From: Bdellovibrio sp.
Lineage (GTDB): Bacteria > Bdellovibrionota > Bdellovibrionia > Bdellovibrionales > Bdellovibrionaceae
Assembly: GCA_036677065.1 (NCBI GenBank)
Contig: JAKFBS010000003.1
Location: 288,001 to 352,000 of the forward strand
Reading direction: 5' to 3'
DNA length: 64,000 bases
A model generated the notes under the pieces. The model made no database searches. It worked only from the letters and a program-made list of their open reading frames with translations, and was not told where the DNA came from. Each line of letters opens with the position of its first letter. Within the stretch, counting starts at the first letter, position 1. Below are positions 10,103-19,152 of the stretch, in pieces. The translations under genes and the position numbers were made by a program.

Positions 10103-12111
10103 AATCTCCGATTATATTTAGAGTATTCAAGAACAATCAAATTCATTTCGTAAAACAATTTATCGATAAAGATCAAATTGTTTTCGGAAGCAGCCTGGAT
10201 TCTGGCGCTGAAGTTGATGTCGATTTAGAATCAAAAGAAGTGTCTGCTATTCACTGCCTAGTGGAAAAACGCGGAACACAGTACCACCTATGTGATTTAG
10301 GCTCATCGCAAGGTACATATAAAAATGGACAAGTGGTTTTAGATGAACCACTTAACACCAACGATGAGTTTCAAGTTGGTCCGTTTAAAATTGTATTCTT
10401 TGTTGGTGTGCCAAAACCAGTGCATAACCAAGAAAGCTCAGAACTTGTGGTAGCAGCGGCGAATACTAAGCCCAGCGAACCACCAGTTAAGGCTCCTCCG
10501 GTTGCGCCTTCTGCAGCGGCAGCAACATCGTTGGCAAAACCTACGATCAATGCGGCGTTTGTAGGAACTCGTGCGGTGAAAAACCAATCGTTAGCACGAA
10601 CTAAAAAATCTAAAAATCAAAAAACCTTTGCTCCGAACAGTGAACATCAGAATTTAAATGAATTCATCAAACCGGGTCAGGGAAGTTTAGTGCAAGTGAT
10701 CGTTTCGTGGAAAGAGCGTGTGTTATCAACACATCATTTCGAGCCACGTGGTCATTATAAATCAGGCCCAGAACAAGCGATTCAGTTACCAGCGGGTGCT
10801 GCACCTAAAGACTGGGTGTTGTTAGATTGCACAACGGGCGTAACAGTTCGTTTAGCAAATGACATGAAAGCTGAAGTTCACCGTGCTGAAGACATCATGG
10901 TGTTATCTGAAAGCAATTATAAATTACAACAAAATGAAGTTCTTTTTGTTACACTGCCAAATGGAATGCATTTAGCAATTCGTTTCGCGCCGAAAACAAA
11001 AGTGGTTCCGCTAGATTCACCGTTAATTTTAACATCAAGTGAATTTACCGGAATTTTAGCTGCGACTATTTTTGCCGTGTTATTAAGTTTAATCATGTCA
11101 GTGCTTGCACCAAAAACTATGGATGAAGAAGACGAAGTTGAACGTGTGGCGCAGGTTATTTTTACTAAACCACCAGTGCCGGTGAATCCTCCGGTTGTGG
11201 TAACACCGCCAGTAGTTCCACCGCCTACACAAGTTCCTCCTCCGAAACCACCAGAGCCACCGAAAAAAGTGACGATGATGGATAAGGCGCAAGAGATTAA
11301 AACTAAAGGTGATCCGAATAAGCCTGAGCAACAAGCGCAAGCTTCGAAATCAGCAGGTCGCGCAAGTGAAGTGAAGCCAAAAGATCCGAAAAACAAAACC
11401 AAAATGTTTACCTCAACTAAACAAGGTGGCGCAGTTAAGACAGGTCCGAAAGCTGGAGCTAATGCCCAGTCAAAAGAACCAGATCCAACAAACACTGGTC
11501 TTCTATCAGCGTTCGGATCAGGTGGGGCACGTTCACAGTTAGATAAAGCTTATTCAGGTTCTGGCGAAGCTTTAGGAGCCGGTGAAAAAGCAACGGGGGC
11601 TTCTGGTTTTAATGAAACTCGTGCAGGAAATGATTTAGGTTCTAAATTTAAAGACACAGGCGCAGGCGGTAAAGGCACTGCGACTCAAGGTATCGCGGGC
11701 GTGGGCACAAAAGGTGGTTCAGGTTACGGTACTGGTGTTGGCGGATCTGGATTTGGTAACAAAGATTCAGTTGCGGTTACACCGGGTGGGGCAGAAGAAG
11801 AATTTATCGGATCAATCGATAAAGATGCCGTTCGCCGTGTTGTTAGATCAGCTTTACAAAGTTTTAAAGCGTGTTTCAATCGTGAATTTTCAAAAGATAA
11901 AACGCTTGAAGGTAAAGTGATGATCTTCTGGGAAATTCATGAAAAAGGCGTGGCAAAAAATGCACGCGTGGTTAAAGAAAAATCAACGTTAAATAATTCA
12001 GCGGTCGCAGAATGTGTGCGCGCCAGATTATTAACATTAAGATTTCCTGAACCACCAGCAGGGGCAGCAGCAGAAATTTATTACCCCTTCTACTTTCAGG
12101 GCGAAAAGTAA
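10099..12111 (+). CDS. gltG: GltG/PglI-like FHA + TM + Pro/Gly-rich linker + TonB-C-like domain protein
   Basis: N-terminal FHA-like (SAIH, DLGSSQGT), one TM, Pro-rich and Gly-rich linkers, C-terminal two-Cys domain ending YPFYF. Confidence 0.8.
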   Translation: MKSPIIFRVFKNNQIHFVKQFIDKDQIVFGSSLDSGAEVDVDLESKEVSAIHCLVEKRGTQYHLCDLGSSQGTYKNGQVVLDEPLNTNDEFQVGPFKIVFFVGVPKPVHNQESSELVVAAANTKPSEPPVKAPPVAPSAAAATSLAKPTINAAFVGTRAVKNQSLARTKKSKNQKTFAPNSEHQNLNEFIKPGQGSLVQVIVSWKERVLSTHHFEPRGHYKSGPEQAIQLPAGAAPKDWVLLDCTTGVTVRLANDMKAEVHRAEDIMVLSESNYKLQQNEVLFVTLPNGMHLAIRFAPKTKVVPLDSPLILTSSEFTGILAATIFAVLLSLIMSVLAPKTMDEEDEVERVAQVIFTKPPVPVNPPVVVTPPVVPPPTQVPPPKPPEPPKKVTMMDKAQEIKTKGDPNKPEQQAQASKSAGRASEVKPKDPKNKTKMFTSTKQGGAVKTGPKAGANAQSKEPDPTNTGLLSAFGSGGARSQLDKAYSGSGEALGAGEKATGASGFNETRAGNDLGSKFKDTGAGGKGTATQGIAGVGTKGGSGYGTGVGGSGFGNKDSVAVTPGGAEEEFIGSIDKDAVRRVVRSALQSFKACFNREFSKDKTLEGKVMIFWEIHEKGVAKNARVVKEKSTLNNSAVAECVRARLLTLRFPEPPAGAAAEIYYPFYFQGEK

Positions 12112-12151
12112 TTTAAGTTAAGAAATAAAATAAGATCCGAGGAGGAAACAA

Positions 12152-12832
12152 GTGGAACCAACAGCAGCAGTAGCAGTAGCAACAGTAGATAACGTAAATC
12201 CGATCGTTCGAGCATTCGTCGAAGGCGGAAGCGTCATGTACATCATCGCGTTCATCGCGGTATTAACAGCGATTTTAGTTGTCGAAAGATTCATGACACT
12301 TAAATCATTACGCGTAGACAAAAAAGAATTTTCTGATCAAGTTTTTCGTATGATTATCGGTGGCGATATCAGACAAGCTATTTCATTTTGTGATTCACGC
12401 CCGACTCCATTATCAAACACGGTTAAAGCTGGTTTAGTTGGCGCTTTAAATAAACGCCCGGATGAAGAAATTCAAGTAGCCATGGATGCAGCGGTTCTTC
12501 GCGAAATGCCAAGACTTGAAGGCTGGACATCTTTCTTAGCGGTATTTGGTAATATCGCGGTATTAGCGGGTCTATTAGGAACAATCTTAGGTATGATCGG
12601 TTCATTCCGTGCGGTATCTTCAGCAGATCCTGCAACGAAAGCCACGTTATTATCTCAAGGTATTTCACATGCCTTAAACTGTACTGGTTTTGGTTTAACA
12701 GTTTCAATCGTAGCTATCGTTGCTTACGGATTGTTTCAACATATGATTCAAAAATCTGAAAACGAAATGATCGAGACTAGCATGTCATTATTAAATTTAG
12801 TGTCTGCAAATCGCGATAAAATGAAAGACTAA
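12152..12832 (+). CDS. aglR: MotA/TolQ/ExbB proton channel AglR-like
   Basis: GLLGTILGMIGSF, GISHALNCTGFGL; SD GAGGAGG before GTG. Confidence 0.85.
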   Translation: MEPTAAVAVATVDNVNPIVRAFVEGGSVMYIIAFIAVLTAILVVERFMTLKSLRVDKKEFSDQVFRMIIGGDIRQAISFCDSRPTPLSNTVKAGLVGALNKRPDEEIQVAMDAAVLREMPRLEGWTSFLAVFGNIAVLAGLLGTILGMIGSFRAVSSADPATKATLLSQGISHALNCTGFGLTVSIVAIVAYGLFQHMIQKSENEMIETSMSLLNLVSANRDKMKD

Positions 12833-12864
12833 TTAGAAAAAATAGATAGCTCTGAGGTAAACGT

Positions 12865-13335
12865 ATGGCTCATATAGAATCCGGTGGACGGGGACGTAGC
12901 ACAAATTTTGAATTAAATCTAGTTCCAGTCATCGACTTGATGTCGGTGTTGATCACCTTTCTATTGATCTCTGCAGTCTGGACACAGGTTTCAATGATTC
13001 AGCTAGGTGCTTCGTTCGCATCACCAAAAGATCCAAATCAAGAAGTGATTACTCCTCCACCTCTTGAAGACTTAGTTTTACGTCTGGATATTAAAGCAAC
13101 TGGATACGTATTGTATGTCGGTAAAGATATACGTGCGATCCCGATGTTAAACGGTGAATATGATAAAGAAGCCTTAGCAGCTGATTTAGATAAAATTAAA
13201 CAAATGTATCCGGATAAAGGTGGCATTAAAATGGCCATCGAAAATGAAATTAAATATGAACATGTAGTGAGCGCAATGGATTTAGGCTTACGTGCAGGAT
13301 TTTCTCCTGAATTATTAACCGGAGGACCGAACTAA
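12865..13335 (+). CDS. aglQ: ExbD/TolR-family AglQ-like
   Basis: LNLVPVIDLMSVL with the conserved TM Asp. Confidence 0.8.
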   Translation: MAHIESGGRGRSTNFELNLVPVIDLMSVLITFLLISAVWTQVSMIQLGASFASPKDPNQEVITPPPLEDLVLRLDIKATGYVLYVGKDIRAIPMLNGEYDKEALAADLDKIKQMYPDKGGIKMAIENEIKYEHVVSAMDLGLRAGFSPELLTGGPN

Positions 13336-13943
13336 TGGCAATTCAAAAGCCCGGTGAAAGACATCGCTACCACAGACTTTTAAAACGCCGCGGCGGAAAA
13401 CGTGCAGTCACTGCAATGCTTTCATTAACAGCGATGGTTGATATGTTTACCGTGTTAGTTATTTTCTTATTACAAAATTATAACACGACGGGCGAAATTC
13501 TTTATATTCCAAAAGAAGTTACTCTTCCTAAAGCGGCGCGTGTAAATGAATTAAAACCTGCTGTGGTTGTAACGGTTTCTGCAAAAGAAGTATTGATCGA
13601 TCGCACACAAGTGGCTACATTTGCAGAAGTGCAGGCGTCAGTTGACTGGGTGATACCAAACTTACGTGATCAGGTTCGGGTTTTGCTAGAAAAAGCAAAA
13701 ACAGAACAAGATGCTAAATTGCAGAATAAAATCCGTAATGTGGTGGATAAAACTGTCGGTAATGAGGAAGTTGATCCCAATGCGTGGAGAAGAGTCACAT
13801 TACAAGCGGATAAAGATATGGATTATTTAACTTTGAAAAAAGTAATGTATTCGATCTACGAGGCCGGTGGTGGTCCAATTAACTTTGCAGTAGCAAAAGA
13901 AGCAGAAAATAAAAATGCTACTCAGGAAGTTAAAACTCAATAA
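13335..13943 (+). CDS. aglS: ExbD/TolR-family AglS-like
   Basis: LTAMVDMFTVL, LQADKD...LKKVMYS. Confidence 0.8.
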   Translation: MAIQKPGERHRYHRLLKRRGGKRAVTAMLSLTAMVDMFTVLVIFLLQNYNTTGEILYIPKEVTLPKAARVNELKPAVVVTVSAKEVLIDRTQVATFAEVQASVDWVIPNLRDQVRVLLEKAKTEQDAKLQNKIRNVVDKTVGNEEVDPNAWRRVTLQADKDMDYLTLKKVMYSIYEAGGGPINFAVAKEAENKNATQEVKTQ

Positions 13944-14943
13944 AATTTCTATATTCCTATCTGTCGTCATAGGCCTGATTTTTATTCAGGCTTTATTAAT
14001 GGCGCCGCAAGATATTTCGCCGTCAGAAACGACGGCAAATTCTAAAGCGATCTCAAAAGCCACTTCAGCAACAGCTACAACCAAAGCAGATATCGAAAAA
14101 TTAGCCGACAAAGGCAAACGCAAAGCCGTCGAACAAAAAATGGTTGGCGTGCACCTTGTTGAAAACTCAGATAATGCCAAAGGATGGGAGCTTTACGCTG
14201 ATGAAGCGACAGGTTCCAGCGAAGAGCTATGGGTTTTAAAAAAAGTAAAAGTCGAATTCTTTAACGAAAACGAATCAAGTTTCGTGGTCTCGGGCGACAT
14301 TGGTGAAATCAATGGCCAAACAAAGAATATGGTTATTCGCGGTCAAGTTGTTACGCAAAGTTCGAATGGTTACCAGTTTGAAACTAATGATTTACATTAT
14401 ATTGCCGAACAAAAGATTCTGACCAGTGATAGCGCCGTTCGCATGCTTGGCCCTGACGATAAAAATGGTGTAGGTTTTAAATTAAATGGCCAGGGTTTTA
14501 AAATCGATCTGGTAAAGAATAAAATGTATATCGAATCAAATATCGAAGCCAGCAAAGCCATGGACAATAAAACTTTTCGTGTCAATTCGAACGCGGCCGA
14601 GTTTTCGAATAAAAATCAAGAGGCCTTGTTTTCAGGCAGCGTGAATATGAAATTCGATACAACCACGATCACAGCACCGCAGGCTTTCTTTCGTTATTCA
14701 GAAAAACAAAAAACTTTAGAATCCATTTTACTTAAAGATCAGGTGGTTCTTAAAGACGAAGGTAAAAGCGCTGTGTGTCAGCAGCTTTTAATGAATTTGC
14801 TTGAAGACACAATGACCTTAAGTGGTCGTCCAAAGGTCCAGATGGGCGAGGATGAAATTCAAGGTGAAGAAATCGTCTTCCTAGAAGGCGGAAAAAAAGT
14901 TAAGATGAATAAGGTCAAAATTGATTCTAAGAAAGTGCAATAA
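13915..14943 (+). CDS. lptC: LPS export LptC-like protein, probably an LptC-LptA fusion
   Basis: N-terminal TM, WELYADEA LptC motif, second beta-jellyroll-like half; directly before lptB. Confidence 0.7.
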   Translation: MLLRKLKLNKISIFLSVVIGLIFIQALLMAPQDISPSETTANSKAISKATSATATTKADIEKLADKGKRKAVEQKMVGVHLVENSDNAKGWELYADEATGSSEELWVLKKVKVEFFNENESSFVVSGDIGEINGQTKNMVIRGQVVTQSSNGYQFETNDLHYIAEQKILTSDSAVRMLGPDDKNGVGFKLNGQGFKIDLVKNKMYIESNIEASKAMDNKTFRVNSNAAEFSNKNQEALFSGSVNMKFDTTTITAPQAFFRYSEKQKTLESILLKDQVVLKDEGKSAVCQQLLMNLLEDTMTLSGRPKVQMGEDEIQGEEIVFLEGGKKVKMNKVKIDSKKVQ

Positions 14944-14949
14944 ACTAAA

Positions 14950-15687
14950 ATGGCAGAAAACGCACCAAGCACGTTATCGATTAAAAATATTTCGAAGAAA
15001 TATGGTCAACGTTTAGTCGTTAAAGATGTTTCGTTTGAAGTGCACTCGGGTCAGGTCGTTGGCCTACTTGGTCCAAACGGCGCAGGTAAAACGACTTCTT
15101 TCTATATGGTGGTAGGCCTTGTTAAATCAGATTCTGGTTCGATCACTTTAAATGCTTTAGAAATCTCAGATTATCCAATGTATAAACGGGCCCGCGCCGG
15201 TTTAAGTTACTTAGCGCAAGAACCAAGTATTTTTCGCCGTATGAGTGTTGAAGATAACATCCTGGTGGCCTTAGAAGCCCATGGCTATGATCCTCAGGAG
15301 CGCCGCGAAAAACTTGAGAGTCTTTTGCAGGATTTTCGAGTCAACCATATTCGTGAATCTTTTGGTTACGCTTTGTCGGGTGGAGAGCGCCGCAGAGTGG
15401 AAATTGCCCGGGCATTAGCTGGGTCGCCGCATTTTCTATTGTTAGATGAGCCTTTCGCAGGTATTGATCCTATAGCTGTTGGGGAAATTCAAAATATCAT
15501 TCGAGATCTTAAGGCCAAAGGTATAGGAGTTCTGATCACTGATCATAACGTTCGTGAGACTTTGGGCATTTGCGATTATGCTTATATCTTGAAGGATGGA
15601 ATCATCCAAGTTAGCGGTAACTCTGAAGAAATCGCCACTTCAGAAATTGCACGTAAGTTTTATTTGGGCGAGAACTTCAAACTGTAA
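14950..15687 (+). CDS. lptB: LPS export ABC ATPase
   Basis: [44 protein letters not shown]. Confidence 0.96.
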   Translation: MAENAPSTLSIKNISKKYGQRLVVKDVSFEVHSGQVVGLLGPNGAGKTTSFYMVVGLVKSDSGSITLNALEISDYPMYKRARAGLSYLAQEPSIFRRMSVEDNILVALEAHGYDPQERREKLESLLQDFRVNHIRESFGYALSGGERRRVEIARALAGSPHFLLLDEPFAGIDPIAVGEIQNIIRDLKAKGIGVLITDHNVRETLGICDYAYILKDGIIQVSGNSEEIATSEIARKFYLGENFKL

Positions 15688-15698
15688 GGTGTGTTGAG

Positions 15699-17150
15699 AT
15701 GGCAATGAAGCAAACGATGAATCTAAGTCAGGGCTTGGTAATTACGCCACAGCTACAACAGGCGATTAAGTTGCTTCAAATGTCGCGTTTAGAACTTGAA
15801 TCACAAGTTCGTAATGAATTAGAAGAAAATCCAATTTTAGAAGAAGCCGAAGTTTTAAAAGAAGAAGACTTTGAGCGTACGAAAGAAGCCGCCGCACAAG
15901 TTGAAGGCGGAGCTGATACCAACACAGAAGCACAGACTCAAGAAGCGCAAGATCCACAAAAACAAGATGAGTTCGAGTGGGAAAATTATTTAGAAATCCA
16001 ACATAAAATGCCGCGTGAAGCTAGTTCTGGTTCTGAAGAGATCATGAATTACGAAAACATAATCTCAACAACACAAACGTTGCATGACCACTTATACTGG
16101 CAAGCAAAAATGGCCGGCTTTTCTGAAGATGAAGAGCGTGCCGCCGATGCGATTATCGCCTACATCGATGATGATGGTTATATCAAAACTCCCTTAAGCC
16201 AAATTTCTGAAGAAGAACAAATCCCGTTAGCCGATTTAGAAGACACGATTGTGCAAATTCATGAATTTGACCCTGCTGGAGTTGGTGCCCGTGATTTAAA
16301 AGAATGTTTACTTGTGCAAGCCAGACACATCGAAGAAGACACGACTGATCTTGTAACGTTGATTAATAATCACTTAAAAGATTTAGAAAAAAAGAATTAC
16401 GATGCGATCGCCAAAGCTTTACAAAAGCCGATGGAAGAAATCATCGATATGTGTAAAATCATTTACGCTATGGATCCTAAACCGGGGCGTGCGTACGCAG
16501 GCAATGACACTCACTACGTAACACCAGATGTTTACGTCTACAAAGTGGGCGATGATTTTTCGGTTTCATTAAACGAAGATGGTTTACCTAAGTTAAGAAT
16601 CTCAAATTATTACCGTAATATGTTAAAAGGCGGCTCTACGCCAACTGGTGATGCCAAAGCTGCTGACTTTATTTCGGATAAATTAAAATCGGCAGTTTGG
16701 TTGATTAAATCAATTCACCAACGTCAAAGAACAATTTTTAAAGTGTCTGATTCAATCGTTAAGCACCAACGCGAATTCTTTGAAAAAGGAACAGCGTTTT
16801 TAAAACCAATGATCTTGCGTGATATCGCAGCTGATATTGGTATGCATGAATCAACAGTTTCACGCGTAACAACAGCTAAATACATGCACACGCCGCAAGG
16901 AATCTTTGAACTTAAATACTTCTTTAACTCAGGGATTGCGTCGACAGATGGTGATGCATTAGCTTCAGAAGCGGTTAAATTAAAAATCAAAGAGTTAGTG
17001 GCTAAAGAAGATCCTAAAAAGCCATTATCTGATCAAAAACTGGTAGATTTGCTTAAAAAAGATGGCGTTGATATCGCCCGCCGCACGGTCGCCAAATACC
17101 GCGAGGTTTTAAGAATCCTACCGTCATCTCAACGTAAAAAAATGTTCTAA
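15699..17150 (+). CDS. rpoN: RNA polymerase sigma-54
   Basis: TPQLQQAIKLLQ, HESTVSR, RpoN box ARRTVAKYRE. Confidence 0.98.
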   Translation: MAMKQTMNLSQGLVITPQLQQAIKLLQMSRLELESQVRNELEENPILEEAEVLKEEDFERTKEAAAQVEGGADTNTEAQTQEAQDPQKQDEFEWENYLEIQHKMPREASSGSEEIMNYENIISTTQTLHDHLYWQAKMAGFSEDEERAADAIIAYIDDDGYIKTPLSQISEEEQIPLADLEDTIVQIHEFDPAGVGARDLKECLLVQARHIEEDTTDLVTLINNHLKDLEKKNYDAIAKALQKPMEEIIDMCKIIYAMDPKPGRAYAGNDTHYVTPDVYVYKVGDDFSVSLNEDGLPKLRISNYYRNMLKGGSTPTGDAKAADFISDKLKSAVWLIKSIHQRQRTIFKVSDSIVKHQREFFEKGTAFLKPMILRDIAADIGMHESTVSRVTTAKYMHTPQGIFELKYFFNSGIASTDGDALASEAVKLKIKELVAKEDPKKPLSDQKLVDLLKKDGVDIARRTVAKYREVLRILPSSQRKKMF

Positions 17151-17189
17151 TTGTTTGCTCCATGCCCTGAAATCGGATAGTTTTCGGGC

Positions 17190-17696
17190 ATGAAATCTTA
17201 TCAAAAATTAATTCGTGATGTAGCTGATTTTCCAATTTCTGGCGTAATGTTTCGTGATGTAACTCCATTGTTGCAAGACGCTCAGGCTTTCAGAACTGTA
17301 ACTGAAGATTTCGGCAGTTTAATTAATTTAGATGAAGTTGATGTTTTCGTAGGTATCGAATCGCGCGGATTTATTTTTGCGGCAGCCTTAGCAGCACATT
17401 TCGATAAAGGTTTCTTACCACTTCGTAAAGCCGGTAAATTACCACCACCAACAATCAAAGAATCTTACAAACTTGAATACGGTGAAGCGACCTTAGAAAT
17501 CGCACCAACGCTTAAGCCACTTCGCGCAGTGATCGTAGATGACGTATTAGCAACTGGTGGAACATTAAAAGCTTCAACAAGCCTTTGCGAAAAAGCTGGC
17601 TACAAAGTTACTGATATTTTAGTTTTGATTAATTTAACGTTCTTGAATGAAATGAAATTCAAAAACGAACCGATTAAGTCTTTAATTCAGTACTAA
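17190..17696 (+). CDS. apt: Adenine phosphoribosyltransferase
   Basis: GIESRGF, RKAGKLP, LEYG, VDDVLATGGT. Confidence 0.95.
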   Translation: MKSYQKLIRDVADFPISGVMFRDVTPLLQDAQAFRTVTEDFGSLINLDEVDVFVGIESRGFIFAAALAAHFDKGFLPLRKAGKLPPPTIKESYKLEYGEATLEIAPTLKPLRAVIVDDVLATGGTLKASTSLCEKAGYKVTDILVLINLTFLNEMKFKNEPIKSLIQY

Positions 17697-17716
17697 AATG
17701 TAATCTGTTTTTTTTG

Positions 17717-17760
17717 CGCTCTGCATTTCAGCTAGCAGGTGCTAGCTAAAACCCCGAGCG
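17717..17760. terminator. Hairpin between convergent apt and hydrolase genes
   Basis: Core AGCTAGCA-GG-TGCTAGCT (17730-17747), extendable with CGCTC/GAGCG. Confidence 0.45.
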
Positions 17761-17780
17761 TCGGAAATTAAGCAATTATT

Positions 17781-18953
17781 CTATTTGCCTGGTTCTTTCC
17801 ACATCTCGATGCAGTCAAAATTTTCGAGTGGGCGGTCGTTCACGAACGGGAATACCTGTACGTAATCGGCGTACTGGCCCATGCCTGAAGTGTAAAAATT
17901 AATATTTTTCATTGCCGGCGAACGCGCTTTAAACTTCGTCGGAAACATCACAGCTTCTGTGGCAATACGAACAGCATTCTTCCAGATATCAACTTCGGCT
18001 TGGCTGGCTTTAGAAGTTTTCCAGAATGGTTTATTCACTGTGCGCGCAGGACATAAACTATGATGAAGTGGTCCGTTGGATTTTCCGCTGGCATAAACTT
18101 TCCAGTTATTAAATTTTTCAGGCGTTGTCACGATTCGAGTTAATGGTGGAACACTGGCAACTTTGCGTTTAACAGAGCTGCCGGTCCATTCTTTAAAGCG
18201 AGATTTATTATCCAAGCGATTTACGGCAACTAAAGCTGCGGCAATCGGGTATTGCAGGCCTTTTCTAAAGCATTTTCCCATTTCACCGTAAAGAGTGCGT
18301 GCTAATGAATCGATATTTATCAGATCTTCGAAAGTCATCGCCTTCATTTTTTCATTCACTAATTTCGGAATTTTTTGTTTTTTAAGTCGAGTGTAGATGT
18401 AAGTATCAAAAACATTTTCTTTGGCTAATTTTTTTGGCAGAACCGTCGCGTTGACTAACGGGCATTCGCCGACAAGTTCATAAATATGTGTGGCAGCTTT
18501 TAAGGTATTTGTTTTCTTTGTGGCCGCCGCTTTTTTTGCGGTAGCAGCAGGCATGCGATTAGTATTTATTTCTTCAGCCTCAAAGAAAGCGCTTAATTGC
18601 TTTTCTGATAATAAGTATTTCGGTAAATAACCCTGACCTGTTTTAAATTTTTCAGGGCTTTGCGGATCAAGATAAGAATATTTAACCGGAACAAATACTT
18701 CAGTCACTTCAGCATCATCAAACGGATCGTTGGTGAATCCTTTGAATTCAGCGCCGATAATCTGGATCGACGCCGAACGGTTGATCGTAGTCTTTGCTTC
18801 AGAGCATTTTTTTTGCTGACACTCATACACGGCAGTACCGCTATCATCGTCTTCAAGAGTCGACAAATAGAACGTTTTATCGCTGCCTTGAGCAAGGCTT
18901 GCGAACGCTAATAACTGGCTGGTGATTAGGGCTGTGATTAATTGCTTTTTCAC
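17781..18953 (-). CDS. Secreted protein with a C-terminal SleB/Hydrolase_2-like cell-wall hydrolase domain
   Basis: Signal peptide; DSLARTLYGEM (catalytic Glu), AALVAVNR, FNNW, FYT motifs. Confidence 0.6.
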   Translation of the reverse strand: MKKQLITALITSQLLAFASLAQGSDKTFYLSTLEDDDSGTAVYECQQKKCSEAKTTINRSASIQIIGAEFKGFTNDPFDDAEVTEVFVPVKYSYLDPQSPEKFKTGQGYLPKYLLSEKQLSAFFEAEEINTNRMPAATAKKAAATKKTNTLKAATHIYELVGECPLVNATVLPKKLAKENVFDTYIYTRLKKQKIPKLVNEKMKAMTFEDLINIDSLARTLYGEMGKCFRKGLQYPIAAALVAVNRLDNKSRFKEWTGSSVKRKVASVPPLTRIVTTPEKFNNWKVYASGKSNGPLHHSLCPARTVNKPFWKTSKASQAEVDIWKNAVRIATEAVMFPTKFKARSPAMKNINFYTSGMGQYADYVQVFPFVNDRPLENFDCIEMWKEPGK

Positions 18954-18961
18954 TGTCTTCT

Positions 18962-18989
18962 TTATCGGAAAAACAGACTCTGATTTTGA
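18962..18989 (-). promoter_or_regulatory. Sigma-28 (FliA) promoter
   Basis: TCAAA-N15-TCCGATAA, 8 nt before the GTG start. Confidence 0.65.
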
Positions 18990-19123
18990 CCTAATTCGTC
19001 GGTTTACCCTGTGTTTTTATGTGTTTAGTGTCTCAGAGTAGAGCGGAGTGTATGCCCATTTTTGTTAGGGCTTTAAAGCCTAGGCAGCTAAACGCTGCTA
19101 GAAAACCTATATTTGGTTAAGGC

Positions 19124-19139
19124 TGGCATCCGGAGTGCT
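19124..19139 (+). promoter_or_regulatory. Sigma-54 promoter
   Basis: TGGCATCCGGAGTGCT (GG-N10-GC) just upstream of ATG 19153. Confidence 0.7.
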
Positions 19140-19152
19140 TTAATAGGTTTAT

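Noticed and set aside
10917..11495. 192-aa antisense ORF and the many other 60-120 aa shadow ORFs
   Set aside because: They lie opposite or out of frame within well-supported genes, reflect codon bias or Pro/Gly-rich sequence, and show no motifs.
12158..12190. GCAGTA tandem micro-repeat at the start of aglR
   Set aside because: Short in-frame Ala-Val repeat, too few units to suggest phase variation.
12660..12700. His in place of the TolQ/ExbB TM3 Glu in AglR (GISHALNCT)
   Set aside because: The Thr and the AglQ/AglS Asp residues are intact; significance cannot be judged without an alignment.
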